Shown: piece by piece, positions 25,148-36,120 of the stretch
Numbering within the stretch: position 1 is the stretch's first letter
Layout: each line of letters begins with the position of its first letter
NCBI GenBank assembly: GCA_032718475.1
Contig: JAUCBJ010001059.1
Span: 1 to 64,000, forward strand
Length of the DNA: 64,000 nucleotides
DNA from: Nemertoderma westbladi
Taxonomy: Eukaryota > Animalia > Xenacoelomorpha
Direction of reading: 5' to 3'
Made by a program: the position numbers and the translations under genes
Notes under the pieces: model-generated
Database searches by the model: none
The model's input: the letters and a program-made list of their open reading frames with translations, nothing else
Told to the model about the DNA's origin: nothing

Positions 25148-26359
25148 AACGAAATCACAATCCTTTTGTCAGACTGACTCTGACTGTCTGACAGTTGTTG
25201 GCAATACCAAAATAAAGTCAGTGTACCGCCACTGCCAGTACCGGTTGTAATGCACCGGCAGTGTCAGTCAGAGTGTGAGTGTATATAGGCCTATATATAT
25301 ACCGGTAGTCCTGTAGTTGTAGTAGGCTACAGTAGTAAATCCAGAAATCAGTAAATTGTTTCTTGAACAGTTTCAGAGTTTGCAGTAGGCCTACAAAGTA
25401 AAATTCCGACATTGCTACCGATCCGGTACAGCAGCATGCTGGGCTGGTATGCGGTCTATCACTATCAGTATACTGGTATACTGCAACTGCAGTATAGCAG
25501 TACTGGCTGACTGGTATATGGGATGGGTGTATGATGATGTGATTTCAGGATTTAATGTATAGAATGTAGGCTAGGGTGGTCCAAAATTTTTCGAATTTCA
25601 ACTCAGATCGCGCATCCGATCATGTCATCAAATGGGCCAAAACTTCGATAGATAACAACATTTTGATTTGGGATGACCAATGACAGGAAAAATTCCCACA
25701 GGCACGCACATGGCCAGTTTCCACCCTTGGCACAAGTGAGTCACAATCTCCATTTTTGGGATGATCAACTTCTAGTATTCCTACTGCATTTATATTATGC
25801 TTATTAGAACCGCAATGACAGAGGGAATAGTTCGAATAGATAGAGCGAATAGTCCTTGAGATATTGCAGCTATTGTATAGATATATATGCTATAGTATCT
25901 ATTGAATGCGAAGCCGGCACAAGTCAACATTAGCGCCTTGATGCGATGCAGCCGATTTTCACTGGCTGTGACTGGCCATCATTTTTACACTTGCGCCAAT
26001 ATTTACCTCTAAAATGATGCCCGCCTTAACTATAATGTACTAGACTCATAATCACAGAGTTACGTAATGTTTAACTTTCGATTAGAATTTAAGAGGTAAA
26101 TATATCTGAGTTTATATCTGAATTTTAACTCATTTTAACTCTGATTTTAACCCCTGATCTTTTAGGTCATTTAGTAAATTTGTATTATTGACTTCACCTT
26201 TGCCAGTAATGGCGTAATAATAATCTAATAATTATATTAGTACTCTTCCCCAAACAAAACCCTTTTAGAAAATGTTAAAGTAACAAACTCAACTAACAAT
26301 ATTGAATGGGTAATAACTTTCTTTTTACCGCGTTATTTAGTGGTGTAAACTTAAACGAA

Positions 26360-26636
26360 CACAGGTTTATGGACAGGTCTACGGACAGACTTACGGACAG
26401 GTTTGCGGACAGATTTACGGACAGGTTTGCGGACAAGTTTGCGGACAGATTTACGGACAGGTTTGCGGACAAGTTTGCGGACAGATTTACGGACAGGTTT
26501 ACTGACAGGTTTACGGACAGGTTTTACGGACAGGTTTGCGGACAAGTTTGCGGACAGGTTTGCGGACAGGTTTGCGGACGGGTTTGCGGACGGGTTTGCG
26601 GACAGGTTTGCTGACAGGTTAACGGACAGGTTTACT
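26360..26636. repeat. 12-bp minisatellite (GCGGACAGGTTT variants)
   Basis: About 22 tandem copies visible. Confidence 0.93.
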
Positions 26637-27877
26637 TTTTAGGCACTTTTTCCATAGGGAAAAATGTAACCCGTAGGATTGCATTTATTTTAATTTTTCC
26701 GTCTAAAAAGTAAAATAAGAATATGTGAAAACAATTTTGGTGGATAGTATATTACATTTTATTACATGTGTTGAAAGATAATCGAAATATAAAAGGTTTG
26801 CAAGAAATTTGTGTAAAATCGATTCACAAACTCAAAAGTTATTGCAACTTTATTAGTGTCTACAACAGTACAAGGCGTACACCAAAACGGAACTGAATAT
26901 TCTATATTGGTTTGTGTAGTTCAGCTGCTCTCTAGTTACGTAATAAATATTCGAGAACGCTAAATTATTTAACATTGAGTAAGGCAGCATCAGGATTTGA
27001 AGAGTTCAATAATATGAATCACAGAAACTATGAAAGCAATATAGTAAAATACTATAGTTCAATTTATTTTGTAACACTATATCGTTCTATCTTATATTAT
27101 ATTAAAGAGTTAAGCAACGAAAAAGTACCACGAATTACATGGGAAAAAACGAGATATTTTTTTCTAATATTCTTTCGACTCTCTATTATAATCATATCAA
27201 TAAAGTCCAGCTACCTGTAGGAACACAATATGCACCGAGAACACAGTGTGATTGTTGGTTGTGATTGTCAATGTAGCCTATTTATATTGCTCTGATGAAG
27301 AACTCTGTTCTGTTAAATTCCTACAGTAGTTGCTGTATACGTACAGAATCAAAGAAAGGCGAACCCGTGAACAAATATGGAACAAATTCGCGATAAATTT
27401 TCCAAGAGCCAACGAGAGCGACTGCACTTCAAATGCAATAATACTTTAGAATTATTGTGCTATTGAAATGGAATTAATTACAACTTTTGAATGCAATTTA
27501 AACTTATTTTTTTTTTAGTTTTCCGTAAACTTACAATGGAATAGTGTTCTTTTCTAGTAAACTAGTTATCATTATACTACTAATATTAGTACATTAGTAC
27601 TGCATTCGTAATAAAGTTGGCCCACCAGTTTTATGGTTTAATAGACAAAATTCCGTGAACAAATAAGATTAATTAACAATAGCTAGAAAAATTAATAATA
27701 ATAATAATTTATTGCAAGGCTAAGACCCATAATATATATAATTATACAACAGCGATAGCACAAAGAGATTTTTAAACAGTTATAGAAAATATCGATGCAG
27801 ATTTAATAGATGAATTCCGGTATAAAATGTCAGTAGAAGTTGATTTAATTACTACCGGTCGGTGGTCTAATAAAGTT

Positions 27878-29764
27878 TTAAGGTTTGGCCGAACATTTCT
27901 GCAGCAGTTGGGCGTGGCAGGAATCGCAGACTCGCGAGGCTTTCCCAACGCCTCCTGGCGAGTCCAACATGAACTTATTATCGGAACAACTGTCGCAGAA
28001 TATTTCCCCGCAGTTGCGGCAGTGGTGTTTCCTGCGGGACACGGTGAACCGTTTACAGCAACCCGCGCACATATCGCGCTGTTTATCGTCGGCCCAGCCG
28101 CCCGTCTCCACTGAATTCTTACGCTCGGTAAACTCGTCGAACTCTAGCTGGGCCTCCTGCAACCTCCTCCCCATCTCGGAGAGCGCTTCCTCCTGCCCGC
28201 GAACCAACTCCTTGAGTTTCCCGTTCTCCTGCACCAACGACTGGTTCCGTTTATCGTTCTGCGCGAGTCGGGAACTCAACTCCTTGTAACCGAGCCGCTC
28301 CAACTCGAGACTCTCGGCGAACCCGCGGTTCTCCGCTCGCAACGCGGCGACCTCGGCCTCCAGCTGGGCCACCGTCGCGTCCCGGACTCCCACCAGCAAT
28401 CCCAGCTGTTTTGCCGACTCCGCCACCGCCTCAGCCGTGCTCGCCGACCCCTCCCGCACCGAACGCAACTCCTCGCTCAGCTGTTTAACCGCGGCGGTCT
28501 GCTTCCGGACTCGGTCCTCCAGCTGCACCACCAACTCCGACTTGTGCTGCAACTGATTCTCCGACGACTCCAGTTTGTTGTAGAGGCCGATGTTGATCGC
28601 TTTGACGTCGTTTAGCTGCTTCCGCAACGTGGCCAACGCGTCCTGCTTCTCGTGCACGTCGGTCTCCAACAACCGCATCGCTGTCTCCATCTCGCGTCGC
28701 ATCCCGCGTTCCACGCCCACCTCCCGGACCGCGTTCCCCCGCGCCGAACGTTCCGCCTCCAGCTGGGCCCGACAGTCCCGGTACAGACCGTCCAACCCCG
28801 ACCGTGACGTCACCAACGATTCCTTCTCGATCTCCAGATCGTCTCGGGTCTCCTGTAGAACCCGCCCTAGCCGATTCTCCGATTCGAATTTATTCTCAAC
28901 TAGTTTATCTTTCTCCGACTGCAATCCGATTATTAAATTATCTTTCTCGAATAAATTTCGTTTTATTTTTTTACTTTCAGTTTCTAACTGCGCGATAACA
29001 TCCCGCTGTTTATCGAGTTTCCGTTGGAGGGCGGCGGATTGGCTCTGCAGATGGTCACATCGCTCCTCCAGGAAGTTCTTCTGGTCTAACAACCCGGACA
29101 GTTCGGCGTTGGTGTCTGAGTTGCCGCGGAGCTCCGGACTGCCGCCGCGTCCGGACGCCATGGCGACGGGCCCGGAATCCGCGAGGAAGTTGACCAGATC
29201 GACGGCGAGAATCGCCGCGTCCAACGCGTCCTGGGGGCCGCACATATTGTAGTCGATAACGTTGAGACTGACAAGCAGACCGGCGAACACGAGTCCGCAT
29301 TCGTCGTCCAACACCAAGGCCCACGGCTCATAGAGGTCGAGGAGGAGAGCGGAAGAGTCGAGGAGCGAACCGAGGAGCGTTGCGAGTCTCTTCTGCATCA
29401 ACGCGATCCGCAACCACGCTCGCGCCCTCCCCAACCCGGTTTTAACCCCCGGTAAGTTCCTCACGCTGTGGGTTATAGTTTCCGCTGATGGTTCTACGCG
29501 CTCAACCAGCTCTAGCGCCGGCCAGAATGCTACGGGGACGCCGATCCAATTGCGATGCGATTTGAGTCCGTGGCTGAGGCACTTCTCGAGGACTGCGAAA
29601 ACGTTCTGTAACGGAGGGTATTCGTCGTTGTCCAGGACACGGTTGTACCGGTAGGATTCATCGATTAGATGACGGATTGTTAGTTTACAGAGTTTCAGTA
29701 AATTGTTCCGTTCGATGCGGTGGACTTGGTTGGCTTGAGTGTGGAACTCAACTTGAGTGTTCAT
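27878..29764 (-). CDS. RUFY: RUN and FYVE domain-containing protein (RUFY1/2-like), single coding exon
   Basis: 628-aa ORF: IERNNLL, RUN domain (LEKCLSHGLK, GRARAWLRIALMQKRL, YEPWAL), long coiled coil, C-terminal FYVE (WADD...C..C...RRKHHCRNCGEIFCDSCS...RVCDSC). Confidence 0.95.
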   Translation of the reverse strand: MNTQVEFHTQANQVHRIERNNLLKLCKLTIRHLIDESYRYNRVLDNDEYPPLQNVFAVLEKCLSHGLKSHRNWIGVPVAFWPALELVERVEPSAETITHSVRNLPGVKTGLGRARAWLRIALMQKRLATLLGSLLDSSALLLDLYEPWALVLDDECGLVFAGLLVSLNVIDYNMCGPQDALDAAILAVDLVNFLADSGPVAMASGRGGSPELRGNSDTNAELSGLLDQKNFLEERCDHLQSQSAALQRKLDKQRDVIAQLETESKKIKRNLFEKDNLIIGLQSEKDKLVENKFESENRLGRVLQETRDDLEIEKESLVTSRSGLDGLYRDCRAQLEAERSARGNAVREVGVERGMRREMETAMRLLETDVHEKQDALATLRKQLNDVKAINIGLYNKLESSENQLQHKSELVVQLEDRVRKQTAAVKQLSEELRSVREGSASTAEAVAESAKQLGLLVGVRDATVAQLEAEVAALRAENRGFAESLELERLGYKELSSRLAQNDKRNQSLVQENGKLKELVRGQEEALSEMGRRLQEAQLEFDEFTERKNSVETGGWADDKQRDMCAGCCKRFTVSRRKHHCRNCGEIFCDSCSDNKFMLDSPGGVGKASRVCDSCHAQLLQKCSAKP

Positions 29765-30744
29765 TATAGTTAGGCCTATAGGCAGATAGGCCTACCGGAA
29801 CCGCGGAACCGAACCAGTAAACAGGAAAGTCGGCCTGACTTCAGACTTGGCGACTTGGGATATCAGAATGAGAGAATAACCCTGCCAGCGCAGCGTCAGC
29901 CTGAATAGGCCTACAAGCTCGCCAGTATATCATCAGTATATTGCAGTAAACCATAAACAATACCGGTATTGCAGTATTGTGTATTGACGTATTGTCAATT
30001 GGGATGTTATTTGCCTTCTTTACAGCGCGAAGCTACCGGTATGCTAATTCTGCTGGCTGACAACGAGCGACGACGTTTGCATAGGCCTATTATTAGTTAA
30101 GTTCAATTAAAAAACAATAGACAGTAAAATGTAAATTGAGGAACACCCAAGGTGTACTAAATTTTCCCTATTTATGGCACTATTTTATTTTCATAATATT
30201 TCATTAGGAACTTATTTTATGCAACTTTTGTTAGGTGAATATGATGACTAGGGTTCATAGAAATGTAATAAAATGTATTTCTGGAATTTTTATCTTGTTG
30301 TTGCCTAGGTAACCGGGTGCAAAGTTCAAACTTTGCGCGTCTGTGATTCAAAACAACGAGGGATCCTGTTCTTGGGATTTGGTAGGTTATTAAAAATAAT
30401 AAAAGACTGAAAATATTTTACATTTGAATTTGTTTACATTCCCGTTACCATGGTAATAAGTATTTGAATAATTGTCTACAAAATTCTATAAAACACAATT
30501 ATTATTCGGTTTGTCAGTCTAAACAGTAAGTTAAATTGCCAACATTTTATTTTATAATTCATCAATTATTGTGAATCATATTTTTATAAAGGTCAATATT
30601 TGCAAATAAACTGTCCAATCAGAGAGCAAAACCTGCGATAGCATGATTTTGACATTCCATAATATTTCGGTTAGCAATTATTAGAAACAAAGGAAAGTCA
30701 CCCCAGGCATGCGATTCCCGTACTTAGTTCCAATTTAAGCCTCA

Positions 30745-30887
30745 TACGAATTTAGTTCCAATTTAGGCGAACTTAGTTCCAATGGAAACGAATTTAGTTC
30801 CAATTTAGGCGAACTTAGTTCCAATGGAAACGAATTTAGTTCCAATTTAGGCGAATTTAGTTCCAATGGAAGCGAAATTAGTTCCAA
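30745..30887. repeat. Short tandem repeat of cgaa(t/c)ttagttccaat subunits (~36-bp dimer)
   Basis: Directly visible. Confidence 0.85.
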
Positions 30888-30977
30888 TGTTTTAGGTTTG
30901 GTCCGAGCCACGTAGTTGGCGAATAATCTGTTTAATACCACTATTAGATGGATGGATAAATAATAATTGTAAATAAC

Positions 30978-31265
30978 TAACCCAAACAACGCCCAACCTC
31001 CTAACCAAAACAATCTTATCCCAAACAACGCCCAACCTCTTAACCCAAACAGTTCAATTATATTTAATCATTCAGAATGATATTCATAGTAAAAAAACAA
31101 CGCCCAAACTCTTAACTCAAACAACGCCCAAACTCCTAACCCAAACAACACCCAACCTCCTAACCCAAACAACGCCCAACCTCCTAACCCAAACAACGCC
31201 CAACCTCCTAACCCAAACAACGCCCAAACTCCTAACCCAAACAACGCCCATCCACCTAACCCAAG
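30978..31265. repeat. 24-bp minisatellite cccaaacaacgcccaacctcctaa, interrupted
   Basis: Two blocks, ~30978-31050 and ~31095-31265. Confidence 0.88.
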
Positions 31266-32434
31266 CAACTGCTATTGCATTTGGTGTGAAAATGGCACAA
31301 TGTGCATTACTTGAGTATATAATACTACAGACTCAGTCAGTCAGTATCAGTATACTCGTCATTAATATATATTTCAAAATGGTGTAATTATACATTTAAT
31401 TCATTAAAATAATAATTCGTTTTTAAAAAATGACAGAAGGGTTTTACAATTATAATATAATTGTACCTCCCCATCCCAAATAGTGGCAATACGCAAAGGC
31501 TTCGCCTATTTCGGTTTAAACTTCTAACTATGTGGATTGAGGCAGAGTGGCATTGAAATCGCGAGAAATACCTGATCAGCAGCTGCTCGTAGATGGGGTG
31601 TAGAAAACGATGAACATCGGCCATATTAGCGTAGGGACTAGCATGAAAATCCTTAGTAATTATATCAAAACGGTGGACATGAATAGATGAAACACACACC
31701 ATGCTCCGGAATATAATGCCTTAATTCCATACAGAGGTAGTTTCACTTTATTTCACAGTTTCTCCGAATTGTTATTTTCGTTTTCATTCTTTAGCTACAA
31801 CCTTTTGAATAAGGTGTTTCCATCGATATTGCACCAGTTCCACCTAAGTTATTCCTCAACCTCACAGTGTTCTGTTTGCACCCATCGAAAGCTATTCCAA
31901 ATAAGTAACACAATCTGCCAGTAGTATAAATCTAAAGAACCTAAAGATTGACCTAAAGATTGAAGCGAAAATAAAAGTTCTGACTCACCCAGAGGAAGGA
32001 GGTCAAAACATAACGATTCAAATGAAATGCGATTCCATTAGATTTGTTTACAATATTTATATTACACGAGAACACGACAGTGAACAAAGACAATATTCTG
32101 GGGCATGGCGCCAATAAATAAAACAATTTATATTAAGTATTTTATTTAACGTTTATTTTTACATTCAAATTATTATACAAAGTAATTTTATATTTTATAC
32201 AACTAAAATATTTATATAAAGCAAATAATAGAAATACAATACTGCACAGCACACTCTGTTGCTAAAGTACCGTATTCTTTGGAAATATTAAGTAATTTGG
32301 AAAAAAATAAAATATTAAGTAATTTGGAAATAATTAAATTAATATAAAAATACAAAACTCACACTAATGACTAATTAAGTATTATTTGTTTTAATTTATA
32401 AACAAAGACAACTATAAAGATTATGATCCCCGGC

Positions 32435-33520
32435 TCAGTATTCGGCGGTTTGTCGGAGCGTCACACCGGCATTATCGTAATCGCACTCGCGCAATTCGAG
32501 TATCTGAACCCCGGCGTTGGTTGTCCCGCAACAGAGGCCGCCGCTGGAGACCTTGCAGACGGAAGTAAGCGGCCCGCCCAACGGCAACGACAAGCAGACC
32601 AACTCCCCGGGACTCAACTCCGGATCCCAAACCCGGATCGAGGAATCTTTACTGACGGAGACGAGGAATCCACGGGAGAGGAAAGCGCAACCGGTCGTCG
32701 ATTGTCGGTGTCCGCGATACTCACGGAGCAGTCTGCCGCCCCGGACGTCGTACAAAGAGACCTCGCAACCCCGTCCGTCGAACCCGTTGCACGTAGTAGC
32801 GCAGTAACGCCCATCCTCACTCACCGAGCAACTCATCTCGATGTACTGCTTCCGAGGAAATTCCACCGCAACATCGACGGTCCGCGAGTCCCAGAGACGC
32901 AGCGCTTTATCCTCGCTGGTCTGCGCCACCGTGTGGTCGCAGTTCGGGAACCAGGTCAACGCAGTCACTAGATTCCGCGAGATCTCGCGTTTACCCAACT
33001 CACATCCGGTCTCCACATCCCACAAACGCACAGAATGGTCTCGCGAACCAGACATAAGTTTACTATTGTCCGTCGGACTGACAGCCAAACCGAACACCGC
33101 GAACTCGTGTCCTTCAAACTGTCTCGATTGTCCATCGCCGGAGTTTAAATCCCACATTCTAATTGCTTTATCCCGACCTCCGCTGAACAGAACACGTTTT
33201 TTATCTCCATACGCGAGGCAACATATTTCTTTTGTGTGGCCACAGAGATTGAGCAGTGACCGACCGGTTTTAGTGTCGAACACGACGGCCGTATTATCCG
33301 AACTACCAGAGGCGACGACACCGTCGTATAAACCGCATAAACACGTTATTGCGTCAGTGTGGACGCGCGTGTAGGAGTTGAAGGCCGGCGCGGAGCTATT
33401 AACTCCGTACTTACGAATACTGCAGGTGGACTTTGTGGTTTTTGTTTCATCTTTTAAAGGTCGAGCGTTTCGGCTTCTTCCAAATAAACGCTCAAGAAAC
33501 AAGAAATTGTGTTTACACAT
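32435..33520 (-). CDS. WDR31: WD repeat-containing protein 31-like, single coding exon
   Basis: 361-aa WD40 ORF with motifs I recall from WDR31: GLAVSP, SRDHSVRLWD, ISRNLVT, QTSEDKALRLWDSR, FPRKQYI, NGFDGRGCE, EYRGHRQ. Confidence 0.88.
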   Translation of the reverse strand: MCKHNFLFLERLFGRSRNARPLKDETKTTKSTCSIRKYGVNSSAPAFNSYTRVHTDAITCLCGLYDGVVASGSSDNTAVVFDTKTGRSLLNLCGHTKEICCLAYGDKKRVLFSGGRDKAIRMWDLNSGDGQSRQFEGHEFAVFGLAVSPTDNSKLMSGSRDHSVRLWDVETGCELGKREISRNLVTALTWFPNCDHTVAQTSEDKALRLWDSRTVDVAVEFPRKQYIEMSCSVSEDGRYCATTCNGFDGRGCEVSLYDVRGGRLLREYRGHRQSTTGCAFLSRGFLVSVSKDSSIRVWDPELSPGELVCLSLPLGGPLTSVCKVSSGGLCCGTTNAGVQILELRECDYDNAGVTLRQTAEY

Positions 33521-33857
33521 TTTTTAATCGTTTACCGGTCACCGGTCTGCCGGTACCCGTTTACCGGTTGAATGTAGGCCTATTCAAAGAGAGGCATTTC
33601 ATTACACTGCATCATGCATTAGGCCTACACATTGCTGCATTATTTTGTATTACCGCATTACCGGTAACCACTGATAACATGATAAAGGCCCATGCAGAGT
33701 ATGGCATTACGACGGTCTGATGGTTAACGCGGGTGAACTCACAGATGAATCTGTTTGATGATTTGAGGATGTGACAATGAATATGTAACTGAATGAATAT
33801 AAATGAATATAATAAAAACAATAAATGATAAAACAATGAATATAAAATGAATATGCC

Positions 33858-34055
33858 GTGATGTTTTCTTATTGGATAGAATAAGTAGTGATTTTTTCTT
33901 ATTGGTCAAGAGTATAAAGTAATGATTTTTTCTTATTGGTCAAGAGTAAGTAGTGATTTTTTTCTGATTGGTCAAGAGTAAGTAGTGATTTTTTTTTATT
34001 GGCTAGAGTAAGTAACGATTTTTCTTATTGATTAATAAATAAGTAGCGATTTTTT
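33858..34055. repeat. Degenerate ~32-bp tandem repeat, most units containing ATTGG (CCAAT on - strand)
   Basis: gtgat(t)nctt attgg tcaagagtaagta, about 6 units. Confidence 0.8.
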
Positions 34056-34074
34056 TTTATTTGAAAAAAAATTT

Positions 34075-35290
34075 TTTTTGCATTGATTAAGTCTAGTTCG
34101 CTTTATGAATAGTTTATGGTTATGTCCTCTGAGACCGGGTCTAGAGGGGCGTGTAAAAAAATCATCAAAATTAAGGTCGATTAAATTTCGTTCAATGGAA
34201 TATACCATTACCAAACATAATACGCCTTAGTTCAAGAGGTTGTAACACGAGAAAGTTGAGTCGGTCGAGGTAGCTACTATAGGACAAACCGCACCGCAAA
34301 TAAAGTCTACGTGTAAAATATCTTTGTACATTATCAACCAAGTCTATAGACGTTAATAAGAATGTGGACCAAACAGGAGTACAACATTCCAATAAAGGCC
34401 GGACGTATGATTTATACGGTCTTATAAGAGCTACCATGTTCTTGGTGTAAAAACAATGAAAAAGCATATTTACAATTTTGTAGGCTTTGGCTACTTGTTC
34501 GCGGCAATACTTAACGAACTTTAGATTATTGGAAATTGTAACTCCTAAATCTTTACAGTGAGATTCCTCCCTTATATTCTTATTGTAAAGACAGTAAGAG
34601 GTACGCACATTATTGTTACCGAAATAAAGCACTTGGCACTTACAGTATGAGGGGCAATGGTGAGTTGCCATTCACTTGTCCAGTGCTCTAATGCTGAACT
34701 TAAAACGTGAGTTAACAGAGAGAGCGAATAATTTAGCATCATCAGCAAATAATTTGCACGATACAGGGTAAACATTTTCAGGTAAGTCATTAATGAACAG
34801 TAAAAATAATAATGGTCCTAAAACTGTACCCTGTGGGGTACCCGAAATAACTTTACAATAATTCGAATAACTATTTTCAACTAGTACACGTTGAGTACGA
34901 TTGGAAAGAAATGCTGTCAACCAAGCAATAAGATTTCCGCTAATTCCATAACTGGAAAGCTTAGCTAAAAGCATACTTTGTACTACTGAATCGAATGCCT
35001 TTGCGAAGTCAATGTAAACTACGTCAAAGGCGTCGCCATTATCAACCATTTTATACCATTCATTAACGGATTCCAATAACTGAGTACATGTATATTTGTG
35101 CTTTAAAAACCGTGCTGTGCCTTTGTAATTAACTTGTTCCTAAGTAAATATTCAGATAACTCATATATAATACACATTTCCCTTAACTTACAGGATATAC
35201 TCTACTGTACAAGTTAATGAAATAGGCCGGTAGTTGTAGGGATCAGATAAATTGCCTTTTTTAAACAGCCTTGGTACATACCAAACAGCC
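34075..35290 (-). mobile_element. Degenerate CR1-type LINE RT fragment
   Basis: NYRPISL, DVVYIDFAKAFDSV, GTPQGTVLGPLLFLLFINDL, LFADDAK, KDLGV, YVRPLLE...PVWS, VQRYFTR, RGH.HKL. Several frameshifts. Confidence 0.9.
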
Positions 35291-36120
35291 TTTTTTAAAC
35301 ATGGAAGTGAATCGCATGTATAATGAAATACTTACAAAGATACTGTAAGATATGATTCACATTATAATCTAATGCTCTGACTTCCAAGCGTAAGACAGGC
35401 GATTCTAATGATATCGGGTGATCTGAATCGCTACTTCTAAAATCACAAGAAAAACGTCAATCGCATCAGTATCACATTCGATTCGCAAGGATATTTTTCA
35501 ATGGGATGTGGGATGTTATCTCCATTGCCAGTCTGCCTTTTCAATAATAACTTCCACACGTTACCACGTTATTGGAATTGGACCCATCGCTAACTCTCCC
35601 GCAATACTTAAAATAACATTTGAAATAATATTGTATGTTGTGAGCCCAAATTCTAGTACAGTACATACTGTATATTGTGCGCACAACTAATACTTCATTA
35701 TCATTTTGCGGTTAGACAGTTGACTTTTAATTGGTTAATACTGTAGCCTATCCAAAACAATGAATTTCATTTGTATTAAGTATTTGTCAGAGACTGATGG
35801 AGTTACGGAATTAAACAACAAATTTAATGCTGATGGAAATGTAGCGTTAGCTCCAAATAGGTATACGTTACGTAGAAAATAGATATATAGTACATGCAGC
35901 TATTACTGTAATATACACTCAGGACCAGCGCTGTACTGTAATGTACACTCTGCCCTATCAGCTGATCAGAAGGAGTACAACAACTGTCGGTATAACCACC
36001 ACTACAACACTAGTCAGTTCAGCAGTTGCCAGTACAGCGCAGAAGGGCTGTAGGGCCTACACTCTGCACTCCGTGTACGGTAGGACGAGTCGTTGTTAGA
36101 TCTGTAGATACAACAGCAGA

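Noticed and set aside
31388-31702. 104-aa minus-strand ORF between RUFY and WDR31
   Set aside because: No recognisable domain or supporting exons.
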